From NCBI GenBank assembly GCA_963807005.1, contig CAWDZK010000005.1, positions 124,806 to 188,805 on the forward strand: DNA of 64,000 nt. Reading direction: 5' to 3'. Both the position numbers and the translations under genes were made by a program. This stretch comes from an uncultured Actinomycetota bacterium. GTDB taxonomy: Bacteria > Actinomycetota > Actinomycetes > JACCUZ01. Below are positions 9,512-19,000 of this stretch, piece by piece; the stretch's first letter is position 1; the number at the start of each line of letters is the position of its first letter. A model generated the notes under the pieces. That model searched no databases and was not told the DNA's origin. It saw only the letters and a program-made list of their open reading frames with translations.

Positions 9512-10234
9512 ATGACGGCACGCATCGCCCGCACCGCCGGGATCGTCGCGGTCCTGCTTGCCCTCGACTACCTGCTGATTCTCGGCATCGGCCTGCTGCT
9601 CACCAGGACCTTCAAGGGCGCGTCCTGGCTGACCGTCGAGAACGACATCAACACCGACCTCGCGCAGAACCGCGACAAGGCCTGGAACGACGCCAGCTAC
9701 ATCGGCTCCGGGCTCGGCAACACCGGCGCGATCGTCGGCGCCCTCCTCCTGGTGAGCATCGCCCTGGTCGTCGCGATGAGGAGATGGCGCCCGTCGATGT
9801 TCCTTGTCGTGGCCGTCGCCGGACAGGCGCTCGTCTTCCTCCTCGTGCAGTTCGCCGTGAAGCGACCGAGGCCCGATGTGAAACGGCTGGACAGCGGCAT
9901 CCCCACGTCGAGCTTCCCCAGCGGCCACACCGGCGCCGCGACCGCGCTGTTCGTCGGCAGCGCCCTGCTCATCGCGTGGTACGTCCGAAAGCGCTGGCTG
10001 CGCACCCTGGCGGTCGCACTGCTCCTCGCCGTGCCGCTCGTGGTCGCAGCCTCCCGGCTGTACCGCGGCGCCCACCACCTCACCGACGTCCTGGCCGCCT
10101 ACGTCAACGGCGGGCTGACGATCGCGATCGCCGCCGGGCTGATCCTCGGGCGGGGCCCGCTCGGCCGGCTGTGCCAGCTGGACGGTGAGTCGTCGGACCC
10201 TCAGGTGGCCCCTGCGACAGCGGGGGCGAGGTGA
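9512..10234 (+). CDS. Second PAP2-family membrane phosphatase
   Basis: 'VKRPRP', 'SFPSGHT', 'SRLYRGAHHLTDV'. Confidence 0.88.
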   Translation: MTARIARTAGIVAVLLALDYLLILGIGLLLTRTFKGASWLTVENDINTDLAQNRDKAWNDASYIGSGLGNTGAIVGALLLVSIALVVAMRRWRPSMFLVVAVAGQALVFLLVQFAVKRPRPDVKRLDSGIPTSSFPSGHTGAATALFVGSALLIAWYVRKRWLRTLAVALLLAVPLVVAASRLYRGAHHLTDVLAAYVNGGLTIAIAAGLILGRGPLGRLCQLDGESSDPQVAPATAGAR

Positions 10235-11112
10235 GGCGCGCCGCGGTCGTCTTCAACCCCCTCAAGGTCCCCGACCTGGACGCGCTCCAGGACCGCGTCG
10301 AGGCGTTCATGGCCGGCCACGGCTGGGAACCGCCGCTGTGGCTCGAGACCAGCAAGGACGACCCCGGCATCGGCATGTGCCGCCGCGCCGTGGACGAGGG
10401 CTGCGACGTGGTGTTCGTCGCCGGCGGTGACGGCACGGTCATGGCGGCCGCGACGGCGATGGCGTCGACCGGGGTGCCCATGGCGATCCTGCCTGCCGGC
10501 ACCGGGAACCTGCTGGCCCGCAACCTCGACCTGCCCCTGAACGACGAGGAGGAGTCGCTGCGGATCGGGCTCGAGGGCCGCAACCGGCCGATCGACGTCG
10601 CCGGGGTCGCCGACCGCAAGTTCGTGGTGATGGCGGGCCTGGGCTTCGACGCGGCGATCATGCAGGACGCGCCCGAGGGGCTGAAGAAGGCGGTCGGGTG
10701 GCCGGCGTACGTCGTCTCGGCGGGCAAGCACCTGCGCGGCCGTGGCATCCGGGTGACCGTGACCGTGGACGACGGCACGCCCCTGCACCGCCGGGTGCGC
10801 ACCGTGGTCGTCGGGAACGTCGGCAAGCTCCAGGGCAACATCCCGCTGCTGCCGGACGCCGTGCCGGACGACGGGGTCCTGGACGTGGTGCTGATCGCGA
10901 TCCGCAATCCGCTGGACTGGCTGCTGGTGACCGGCCGGGTGATGCGGCGGGCCGACGTGCCGGACCGGCGGCTCGAACGGTTCACCGGCAAGCACGTGGT
11001 CGTCGAGGCCAGCCACACCCAGCCCCGGCAGCTCGACGGGGACGTGATCGAGCCCGGAAAGGTCCTCGACATCCGGGTCGAGCCCGGCGCGCTGCTGGTG
11101 CGGGTGCCGTAG
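10231..11112 (+). CDS. Diacylglycerol kinase / YegS-like lipid kinase
   Basis: 'FNP', 'GGDGTV', 'PAGTGNLLARNL', 'AGLGFDA', 'QLDGD'. GTGA overlap with the upstream gene. Confidence 0.92.
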   Translation: MRRAAVVFNPLKVPDLDALQDRVEAFMAGHGWEPPLWLETSKDDPGIGMCRRAVDEGCDVVFVAGGDGTVMAAATAMASTGVPMAILPAGTGNLLARNLDLPLNDEEESLRIGLEGRNRPIDVAGVADRKFVVMAGLGFDAAIMQDAPEGLKKAVGWPAYVVSAGKHLRGRGIRVTVTVDDGTPLHRRVRTVVVGNVGKLQGNIPLLPDAVPDDGVLDVVLIAIRNPLDWLLVTGRVMRRADVPDRRLERFTGKHVVVEASHTQPRQLDGDVIEPGKVLDIRVEPGALLVRVP

Positions 11113-11115
11113 CCG

Positions 11116-12102
11116 ATGACCTCCGTGGCGCGGGTGCCGCAGACCCGGACGATGACCTTCGCCGACACGACGACGGACGACGCCCGCGAGGTCCTGCGGC
11201 ACTACGGGCGGGTGCACCTGGTGCGGTCCGCCTTCGTCCGGTTCCGCTACGGAGACGGCTTCAGCCACTCGCGTGCCCTGGCGCTGCAGCTGGTCCTGTC
11301 GCTGATCCCGCTCGGCATCGCCTTCGTCGGGTTGTCCAGCACGGTCCACACCGAGCGGGTCGGCCGGGTCCTGCGCGAGGTGCTGCTGCGGATCACCCCC
11401 GGCAGCACCGACGAGGTCGTCCGGACGACGTTGCAGCAGGGCCAGCAGCAGGCGGGGCGCGGCGGCCAGCTGGCCCTGTGGCTCGGGCTCGCGGTGGCGA
11501 TGGCGGCGCTGACCACGTCGATGGGACAGATCGAGCGCGGCGCCAACCGCATCTACGGCATCCGTAGGGACCGCCCGGCCCTGCAGAAGTACGGCCGGGC
11601 CGTCCTGATGGCGTGCTCGGCCGGGCTGCTCTCGCTCGTCGGGTTCCTCATCGTCATCGCCGGCGGGACGGTCGGCCGGGTCCTCGCCCGCGAGTACGGC
11701 TGGGACGACGTCGGCCTGCACGTGTGGCAGGCCCTGCGCTTCCCGGTGGGGATCCTGCTCGCCTTCGGCTCGTTCGCGATCATCGTCGAGCGGGCGCCGC
11801 GCCGGCGCCAGCCCGGCTGGTCCTGGGTCGGCATCGGTGCCGGCGTCGCGGTGGTGCTGTGGCTGGTGTTCACCTACGCGCTGTCGCTCTACGTCGCCGG
11901 CAGCGGGTCGTTCGGCTCGACGTACGGCCCGCTGACCGGCGTGATGGCGCTGCTGCTGTGGGCCTACCTCACCTCGATCGCGCTGTTCCTCGGCATCGCG
12001 TTCGCCGCCCAGCTCGAGGCGGTGCGCGCCGGCGTCCGTGAGGCCGAGGCGGGCGACCCCGAGGCGGGCCGCGCGGATGCCGTCGAGGCCGGCGGCGCCT
12101 AG
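11116..12102 (+). CDS. YihY/BrkB family membrane protein
   Basis: 'FRYGDGFSHSRALA', multiple TM segments, 'STYGPLTGVMALLLWAYL'. Confidence 0.88.
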   Translation: MTSVARVPQTRTMTFADTTTDDAREVLRHYGRVHLVRSAFVRFRYGDGFSHSRALALQLVLSLIPLGIAFVGLSSTVHTERVGRVLREVLLRITPGSTDEVVRTTLQQGQQQAGRGGQLALWLGLAVAMAALTTSMGQIERGANRIYGIRRDRPALQKYGRAVLMACSAGLLSLVGFLIVIAGGTVGRVLAREYGWDDVGLHVWQALRFPVGILLAFGSFAIIVERAPRRRQPGWSWVGIGAGVAVVLWLVFTYALSLYVAGSGSFGSTYGPLTGVMALLLWAYLTSIALFLGIAFAAQLEAVRAGVREAEAGDPEAGRADAVEAGGA

Positions 12103-13052
12103 ACCTTCCCGTTGCGGATCCGGCCGAGCCAGGCCGACGCGTCCCGGTAGAGGGCGTCCTTCTCCGCGGCGTCGCGCTCGGCAGCCTCGGCGGCAGGCCC
12201 GCGGTCGGCCCGCGGGTAGGACCCGAGGAACCGGACGTCCGGGCAGACCCGGCGAAGGCCGGAGAGCGCCTCGCCCAGGCGGGCGTCGTCGACGTGGCCC
12301 TCGCAGTCGATCGAGAAGCAGTAGCGGCCGAGCCGCTCCCCGGTGGGCCGCGACTCGATCCGGGTGAGGTTGACTCCGCGCACCGAGAGCTCGGTGAGGA
12401 CCTCGAGCAGGGCGCCGGGATGGTCGTCGGAGATGAACGCGACCAGCGAGGTCTTGTCGTGGCCGGTAGGCAGCGGGGGCTCGCCCGGCCGGCTCACCAT
12501 GACGAACCGGGTCACGGCGTCGGGGTTGTCCTCGACGTCGCGCGCGAGCACCTCGAGGCGGTAGCGCTCGGCTGCGATCGGCGCCGCGATCGCGGCGTCG
12601 TGCGAGGCGCTGCCGTCGGCCAGGGAGGCCGCTGCGGCGGCGGTCGACAGCGCCGGTACGACGGTGGCGTCCGGCAGGGCGGTCGCCAGCCAGCGCCGGC
12701 ACTGCGCGGCGGCGTGCGGATGGGTCGCGACCCGTCGTACGGCGTGCAGGCCGGTGCCTGGCCGGGCGAGCAGCGCGAACGACACCGGCAGCAGAACCTC
12801 GCGGGTGACCATCAGCGGGTCGCCGACGGCCAGCTCGTCCAGCGTCGCGGAGACCGAACCCTCCACCGAGTTCTCGATCGGCACGAGGGCGTGGTCGGCC
12901 TCTCCCCGCCGGACCGCCTCGAGCGCCGCGGCGACGCTCACGTGCGGCTGGAGCTCCCCCTTGGCGGCGGCCGGGACCGTCCGCAGCGCGGCCTCGGCGA
13001 AGGTCCCCTCGGGACCGAGGTACGCATAGCGGGCGGGCGGCACTCCAGGCAT
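12099..13052 (-). CDS. pheA: Prephenate dehydratase
   Basis: 'YLGPEGTF', 'VPIENSVEGSV', 'NPDAVTRF', ACT domain 'NLTRIESRP'. Confidence 0.97.
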   Translation of the reverse strand: MPGVPPARYAYLGPEGTFAEAALRTVPAAAKGELQPHVSVAAALEAVRRGEADHALVPIENSVEGSVSATLDELAVGDPLMVTREVLLPVSFALLARPGTGLHAVRRVATHPHAAAQCRRWLATALPDATVVPALSTAAAAASLADGSASHDAAIAAPIAAERYRLEVLARDVEDNPDAVTRFVMVSRPGEPPLPTGHDKTSLVAFISDDHPGALLEVLTELSVRGVNLTRIESRPTGERLGRYCFSIDCEGHVDDARLGEALSGLRRVCPDVRFLGSYPRADRGPAAEAAERDAAEKDALYRDASAWLGRIRNGKV

Positions 13053-13058
13053 GCCGCG

Positions 13059-13064
13059 ACCCTA
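13059..13064 (-). promoter_or_regulatory. Candidate -10 element (TAGGGT) for leaderless pheA
   Basis: TANNNT 6 nt upstream of ATG 13052. Confidence 0.55.
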
Positions 13065-13210
13065 GTGCGGCGTCGCCTTCCCGAGCGTTGGACGCCTGCG
13101 CCCCGGACCCGGTCATACGCGGGTAATCCGCGTCCTCCGGGCGGCCAGCCAGGTCGCTCAGCCGTTCGGTCCGGCCTGACCGCCGATGCGCCGATTTCTC
13201 GGCCCCGCCC

Positions 13211-13238
13211 TCAGGCGCGGTTCCGGCCGGGCCGATGT
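13211..13238 (+). promoter_or_regulatory. Possible sigma-28/WhiG-type promoter upstream of the surface protein gene
   Basis: TCAG-N16-GCCGATGT resembles the TAAA-N15/16-GCCGATAA consensus. The -35 match is weak. Confidence 0.3.
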
Positions 13239-13315
13239 GGATCTTCGCGGCACGGCGCCGCGTGCACCGACCTGCCCCCTGGGGAACACCGGTGTGGGTG
13301 GTCGCAGGAGTGGTG

Positions 13316-16300
13316 ATGGGAAGCATGAACCGGGCACCGCTAGGACCGGGTCCGGCCACCGGGTTGCTGCGCCGGGTCCGGCCCCGCGCGGCCGCGCTGG
13401 CGACGGCGCTGGTCGTGGTGGCGGTGACCACGCTCTCCGGCGCCGGTGCGGCACAGGCCGCGATCACCACGCCGTTCGCCTCGGTGTTCTCGCAGAACAC
13501 CACCGGCGACATCATGCTGCGCGGCAACACCCTGATGACCTGCCAGACCGCGGTCAGCGGGTGCACCGCCGCACGCAACACCGCCGGAGGCGGCGCCACC
13601 GCCAACGCCGCACTGGACGACAACGCCTACTGGATGGTCTACGTCGACGACGACAGCGACCCGAGCACCTTCAACTCGTCCTCGTCCACCGTCGACATGC
13701 CGGTCAACGCCACCGTCCTGTACGCGGCGCTGGTCTGGGGTGGGCGACCGGCAGCCGGCGGGACCGTGGGCGGCACCGCCGGAACGGCCGCTCCCAGCCC
13801 CGCCGACACCGCCAAGGTGAAGCTCAAGGTGCCCGGTGGCGGCAGCTACACCGACCTCACCGCCAGCTGGACCGCGACCGACTCCGGCAACTACCAGGCA
13901 TTCGCCGACGTCACCTCGCTGGTGTCGGCTGCCGGCAACGGCTCGTACAGCGTGGCGAACGTGCAGAGCGGTCAGGGCGGGGACTCGTACGCAGGGTGGG
14001 GCCTGGCGATCGCCTACCGGGACGTCGACGCCCCCGCGCGCAACCTCACCATCTTCCGCGGCTACGGGTCGGTTGCCAGCGGGCAGGCGTACGACATCCC
14101 GATCAGCGGGTTCTCCACCCCGCCGTCCGGTGCCGTGCGGACCACGCTCGGGGCGGTCTCCTGGGAGGGCGACCTCGGCAAGATCGGCGACCAGCTGCTG
14201 CTGGGCAACACCACCGGGACGCTCACCAACGTCAGCGACTCACTGCACGCCGCCACCAACGTCTTCGACTCGACGATCAGCGACAGGGGTGTCGACTCCT
14301 CCACGCGCAGCCCCCGATACAAGAACCAGCTCGGGTTCGACCTGGCCACGTTCAACGTCGACGGGAAGCTCCCCAACGGGGCGTCCAGTGCCGTCATCCG
14401 CGTGACCTCCACCAACGAGACGTACTACCCGGGCCTCCTCACGTTCGCCCACGAGCTCTACGCGCCGAACATCGACATGACCAAGACGGTCTCCGTGGTC
14501 AAGGCACCGGGCAACACCAACGCCGGCCTGGTCGAGCCGGGGGACCAGCTGCAGTACACCCTGACCGGGGTCAACGACGGGTACGACGACGCGACCGCCA
14601 CGGTCCTCACCGATGTGGTGCCGACGGGCACGACCTACGTCCCCGGCAGCATCACCTGGAACGGCGTCCCGAAGACCGACGCCACGGGTGACGACGAGGC
14701 GAAGTACATCGGCGCCACCCGGACCCTGACCGTCCATCTCGGCACCGGCGCGAGCCCCTCGAGCGGCGGCAGCGTCGCGGTCGGGGCGTCCACCCAGGCG
14801 GTCACGTTCCGCGTCACCGTCGACGCGGTGACCGACCAGCGCCCGATCGCGAACACCGCCTCGGTGAGCTACTCCGGTGTCCTGTTCACCTCGTCGGTCA
14901 GCGGGGCCAGCTCCACCGCCACCGCGGTCGCCGTACAGCACCGCAGCGACCTGGCGGTCGTCAAGTCCCGCGACGCCGGCACGGTCCAGGTGGGTGCCGC
15001 GACGCCGGTCACCTACACCCTGGTCGTCACCAACCACGGTCCCTACGACGACCCCGGCGTCACCGTCACCGACACACTGCCCGCCGGTGCGGTCGTGAGC
15101 GGCGTTCCGACCAGCACGCAGGGCAGCTGCACCCAGCCGGCCGGCCAGGTCGTGTGCGACCTGGGAGCGCTGGCCAACGGCGCGACCGCGAACGTCACCC
15201 TCAAGGCGGTCCTGGACGGCTCGGCGGACCCGGCCACCAACGCGGCCACCGTCACCGGGACGAACTTCGACCCCGCCACGAGCGACAACACCTCCTCCGT
15301 GTCGACCGCGGTGAACCGCGCACCGGCCGCCGGCGACGACGCCCGCACGGCCAGCGGCGGCACCGTCACCTTCGACCCGAGGAGCAACGACGCGGACCCG
15401 GACGGCGACCCGCTGACCGTGAGCGCACCCACCACGACGACGCCGACCCGCGGCTCGGTCGTGGTCAACGGGAACAACACCCTCACCTACACCGCGGCGA
15501 CCGGCCAGGCCGGCACCGACACCTTCACCTACGCGGTGAGCGACGGCCGCGGCGGGTCGGCGACGGCCACCGTGACCGTGACGATCCCGAACACCCCGCC
15601 GGTCGCGGTGGGTGACTCCGGCACCGCCGCCCCGGGGTCTGCGCTGGCGGTCAGCGTGCTCGGCAACGACAGCGACGCGAACATCCCGACCACGAGCCAG
15701 TCCCTCGTCGTGAGCGGAGTGACCCAGCCGGCCGGCGGCGAGGGCACCGTCGCGACCGACGGCAGCACCGTGACGTTCACACCGGCGCCCACGTTCCGGA
15801 AGGGGACAGCCACCTTCACCTACACCGTCTCCGACGGAGCGGGAGGCACGGACACCGCGACCGTGACGGTCACGGTGCCCGACACCGCACCGGTCGCCGC
15901 CGACGACACCGCCACGACACCGTCCGGTACGGCGGTCGACGTCGACGTCCTCTCCAACGACCGCGACGACAACGGTGACCCGCTGACCATCACCGGCGTC
16001 GTCGGCGCGGCGCACGGGACGGCGAGCATCGTCGGGAGCGGGTCGTCCGCGCGGGTCCGGTACCAGCCGGCCGCCGGGTGGTTCGGCGCGGACACCATGA
16101 CCTACACGATCGGCGACGGGACCACGACGACGACCGCCCAGCTCACCGTCACCACCGGCAGCGCCGCCCCCGTCGCAGCCGACTTCAGCCGGACGGTTCC
16201 TGGCGGTACGGCCACCAGCATCGACGTGCTCGGCCACGTGACCGACGCGGACAGCCCCGGCAGCAGCCTCTCCGTCGTCGGCACGACCTCGCCGGCGCAC

Positions 16301-18265
16301 GGGTCGGCGTCGGTCGACGCGTCCGGCGCTGTCGTGTACACGCCGGTGGGGACGTACGCCGGTGCCGACTCCTTCACCTACACCGTGAGCGACCCGCAGG
16401 GGAACACCCACACGGCGACCGTGACGCTGACGGTGACCAACCAGGCGCCCTCCGCCGGCGACGACACCGCGACCGTCCCGCTGGGCGGCTCGGTCGACAT
16501 CGTGGTGCTGCTCAACGACGGCGACCCGAACGGTGACCCGCTGACGGTCGCCATCGCCACGAGCCCGGCGCACGGAATCGCCGTCGTCCTGCCGGGCGGA
16601 GCCATCCGGTACACCCCGACCCCGGGCTACCTCGGCGGCGACACGTTCACGTACACCGTCGACGACGGTCAGGGCGGCTCGGCGACCGCAACGGTAGCCG
16701 TCGCCGTCGCCAACGACCCGCCGGTGGCGGGCACCGACCACGTCACGCACATCGGGCCGGTCGGGGCCGCTCTCGTCGTCCCGGTGCTGGCCAACGACAG
16801 TGACCCCAACGGTGACCTGCTGACCGTTTCCGGCATCACCGTGGCGCCGGCACACGGCACCGCGACGGTCGTCGGCGGCCAGGTCGTCTACACGCCCGAC
16901 CCCGCCTGGGCGGGCCCGGACTCCTTCCAGTACCGCGTCTCCGACGGCCACGGTGGCTTCGCGGACGGCACCGTGGACGTGGACGTGCGCAACGCCGCGC
17001 CGGTCGCTGTCGACGACGTCGCGGCCGCACGCAGCGCGATCACCACGGTGATCGCCGTGGTCGCCAACGACGCGGACCCCGACGGTGAGGCACTCACGGT
17101 CTCCTCCGTCTCCACCCCGGCCCACGGCAGTGCCGTCCTGACCGCCGGCGGCAAGGTGCGCTACACGTCGGTCGCCGGCTTCGTCGGCGTCGACACGTTC
17201 ACCTACGCAGTCACCGACCCCCGCGGAGGCGTCTCCACCGCGACCGTCCGGGTCACCGTCGGCAACGCGGCGCCGACAGCGAGTGCCGGCACAGCGTCGA
17301 CACGCGGCGGCACCCCCGTGACCGTGGACCTGCTCTCGCTGGTCACCGACCCGGACGGCCAGCGAACGGCCATCACCTCGGCGGGCCCGGCGTCGCACGG
17401 AACGGTGCTGCTCGACCCGGTGGGCGGCACGGTCAGCTACACGCCGACGCCGGGCTTCCTGGGCATCGACACCTTCTGCTACACAGCCTCGGACGGCAAC
17501 GGCGGGACGGCGACGGCCTGCGTGACCGTCACGGTCGGCAACACCCCGCCGAGTGCCAACGACGACGCGGCAGTGACGACGTCCGACAAGCCGGTCAAGG
17601 TCGACGTGCGCCTGAACGACTTCGACCCCAACCCCGGGCACACGCTCGCCGTCACCTCCGTCGCGGTCACCCAGGGGAAGGGGTCGGCGGAGGTCATGCC
17701 GGACGGTCTCGTCCGGGTGACGCCGAAGACCGGCTTCACGGGAGTGATCACGGTCGGCTACACCGTGTCCGACGGGCACGGTGGCACCGCCACCGCGGTC
17801 CTGCGCGTGCGGGTGACCGCGCCCGGCACGGCGGCACCCGCCGCGGAGTCGACGTCGGCCACGGCGACGATCGGGGTCGGCACCAGCTCGGTGGTCCTCG
17901 ACCCGGCCGAGACCGTCACCCGCCACGGGCAGCTCGCAGTGAGCTCGGTCACCGACCCGGGCACCGGCCTGACGGTCACGGTGCACGACAACCGGCTGGT
18001 GGTGGACAAGCGGAAGGGTTTCGTCGGCGTCGCCACGTTCCAGTACGTCGTGATGGGAACCGATGGGGTGCCGGTCACGGTGGACCAGACAGTCCGGGTG
18101 CTCGGCGCCTCGACCGGACCGGCCGTCACCGCCGCCCAGGCGGGTCCGCTGCCGCACACAGGCGCCGGTGACGTGCTCCCGGTGGGGCTCACCGGCCTGC
18201 TCCTGCTCCTGCTCGGATCCCTGCTGGTCGGGCTGGTCCCGGGGCGGTCACGGCAGCCGCGGTGA
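13316..18265 (+). CDS. Large secreted, LPxTG-anchored surface protein: N-terminal DUF3344-like domain, two DUF11-like domains, about 9-10 Ig-like/cadherin-like (~95 aa) repeats
   Basis: Signal peptide ending 'AQA'. Repeats of the type 'N.PP.A.DD...VL.ND.D.DGD.LT...HG...YTP...G.D.F.Y.V.DG.GG..TA.V.V'. C-terminal LPHTG, TM helix and RSRQPR tail. RBS AGGAG at 13306. Confidence 0.88.
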   Translation: MGSMNRAPLGPGPATGLLRRVRPRAAALATALVVVAVTTLSGAGAAQAAITTPFASVFSQNTTGDIMLRGNTLMTCQTAVSGCTAARNTAGGGATANAALDDNAYWMVYVDDDSDPSTFNSSSSTVDMPVNATVLYAALVWGGRPAAGGTVGGTAGTAAPSPADTAKVKLKVPGGGSYTDLTASWTATDSGNYQAFADVTSLVSAAGNGSYSVANVQSGQGGDSYAGWGLAIAYRDVDAPARNLTIFRGYGSVASGQAYDIPISGFSTPPSGAVRTTLGAVSWEGDLGKIGDQLLLGNTTGTLTNVSDSLHAATNVFDSTISDRGVDSSTRSPRYKNQLGFDLATFNVDGKLPNGASSAVIRVTSTNETYYPGLLTFAHELYAPNIDMTKTVSVVKAPGNTNAGLVEPGDQLQYTLTGVNDGYDDATATVLTDVVPTGTTYVPGSITWNGVPKTDATGDDEAKYIGATRTLTVHLGTGASPSSGGSVAVGASTQAVTFRVTVDAVTDQRPIANTASVSYSGVLFTSSVSGASSTATAVAVQHRSDLAVVKSRDAGTVQVGAATPVTYTLVVTNHGPYDDPGVTVTDTLPAGAVVSGVPTSTQGSCTQPAGQVVCDLGALANGATANVTLKAVLDGSADPATNAATVTGTNFDPATSDNTSSVSTAVNRAPAAGDDARTASGGTVTFDPRSNDADPDGDPLTVSAPTTTTPTRGSVVVNGNNTLTYTAATGQAGTDTFTYAVSDGRGGSATATVTVTIPNTPPVAVGDSGTAAPGSALAVSVLGNDSDANIPTTSQSLVVSGVTQPAGGEGTVATDGSTVTFTPAPTFRKGTATFTYTVSDGAGGTDTATVTVTVPDTAPVAADDTATTPSGTAVDVDVLSNDRDDNGDPLTITGVVGAAHGTASIVGSGSSARVRYQPAAGWFGADTMTYTIGDGTTTTTAQLTVTTGSAAPVAADFSRTVPGGTATSIDVLGHVTDADSPGSSLSVVGTTSPAHGSASVDASGAVVYTPVGTYAGADSFTYTVSDPQGNTHTATVTLTVTNQAPSAGDDTATVPLGGSVDIVVLLNDGDPNGDPLTVAIATSPAHGIAVVLPGGAIRYTPTPGYLGGDTFTYTVDDGQGGSATATVAVAVANDPPVAGTDHVTHIGPVGAALVVPVLANDSDPNGDLLTVSGITVAPAHGTATVVGGQVVYTPDPAWAGPDSFQYRVSDGHGGFADGTVDVDVRNAAPVAVDDVAAARSAITTVIAVVANDADPDGEALTVSSVSTPAHGSAVLTAGGKVRYTSVAGFVGVDTFTYAVTDPRGGVSTATVRVTVGNAAPTASAGTASTRGGTPVTVDLLSLVTDPDGQRTAITSAGPASHGTVLLDPVGGTVSYTPTPGFLGIDTFCYTASDGNGGTATACVTVTVGNTPPSANDDAAVTTSDKPVKVDVRLNDFDPNPGHTLAVTSVAVTQGKGSAEVMPDGLVRVTPKTGFTGVITVGYTVSDGHGGTATAVLRVRVTAPGTAAPAAESTSATATIGVGTSSVVLDPAETVTRHGQLAVSSVTDPGTGLTVTVHDNRLVVDKRKGFVGVATFQYVVMGTDGVPVTVDQTVRVLGASTGPAVTAAQAGPLPHTGAGDVLPVGLTGLLLLLLGSLLVGLVPGRSRQPR

Positions 18266-18354
18266 CCGGGCGCGGCGACCCGCCGAGCTGCGGACCGGCG
18301 CACCGTGCCGGGCCGGTCGTACGCGGTGAGTCCACGACCAGGCGGCGGGTGGCG

Positions 18355-18762
18355 TCAGGCGGGGCGGGCGGCGGCGATCGCCTCCTGCTCCTCCGGGGAG
18401 AGGGTGTGCTCGCTCTGGCCGCCGACCAGCGCCTTGGCGTAGGTGCGGGTCTCGGACCGTCCGTTGATCGAGGAGAGCACCAGGCCGTCGCCCTGGTCGT
18501 CGAGCAGGGCCGCGGAGAACGAGAGCCGGCCACCCATGTCGCCGAACGCGTCGTAGCGCACGACGGCCACGTGCCGCAGCGCCCGGGGGTCCGGCCCGGC
18601 GGCCTCGGTGACGGCCCGGGCTGCGGGGCCGGCGCGGCGAACCCGGCGCGCGACCACCCGCAGCCGGGCGAGCACGACGAGCACCAGCAGCAGGGCGAGC
18701 GCGGCGGTGGCCGCGGCCGCCAGGGCGACGGCCTGGTAGGTCTCGGTGGACCAGCTGGGCAC
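18355..18762 (-). CDS. DUF4446 family membrane-anchored protein
   Basis: N-terminal TM helix, then 'VAVVRYDAFGDMGGRLSFSAALLDDQGDGLVLSSINGRSETRTYAK' and 'LSPEEQEAI'. Confidence 0.85.
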   Translation of the reverse strand: MPSWSTETYQAVALAAAATAALALLLVLVVLARLRVVARRVRRAGPAARAVTEAAGPDPRALRHVAVVRYDAFGDMGGRLSFSAALLDDQGDGLVLSSINGRSETRTYAKALVGGQSEHTLSPEEQEAIAAARPA

Positions 18763-18919
18763 GGGTGTCCTCGGGGTGACGGGGCGGGAGGTCCGCACGC
18801 TACCGGCAGACACCGGTCCCACCCGGTACGCGCGGCCGGACCGGGGCACCGCCGCGGCCACGGCGGCCTTGGCGGGGTGGCGCTGTGCCTGACGCGGCAT
18901 CTGCGCCACGACAAGCGCG

Positions 18920-18945
18920 CGTCGACCACGTCTACGTGGTCGACG
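18920..18945. promoter_or_regulatory. Perfect 11-bp inverted repeat in the divergent DUF4446/larB intergenic region
   Basis: CGTCGACCACG-TCTA-CGTGGTCGACG. Confidence 0.45.
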
Positions 18946-18988
18946 GCGCGGGAGGCGGGCAGGTGGGTCCGGGCCCGGGGGCGGGTCC

Positions 18989-18994
18989 TAGATT
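18989..18994 (+). promoter_or_regulatory. Candidate -10 element (TAGATT) for leaderless larB
   Basis: TANNNT 6 nt upstream of GTG 19001. Confidence 0.55.
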
Positions 18995-19000
18995 GACGGC

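Noticed and set aside
15330-17830. Repeated DNA segments in the large surface gene as a mobile element or array
   Set aside because: They are diverged protein-domain repeats (~95 aa) in one reading frame.
14240-18157. 1305-aa minus-strand ORF, and similar long shadow ORFs (3327-6140 +, 10201-13623 -, 22696-26145 +, 56952-59654 +)
   Set aside because: Off-frame or antisense to well-supported genes, Arg/Gly/Pro-rich with no motifs. Stop codons are scarce at this GC content.
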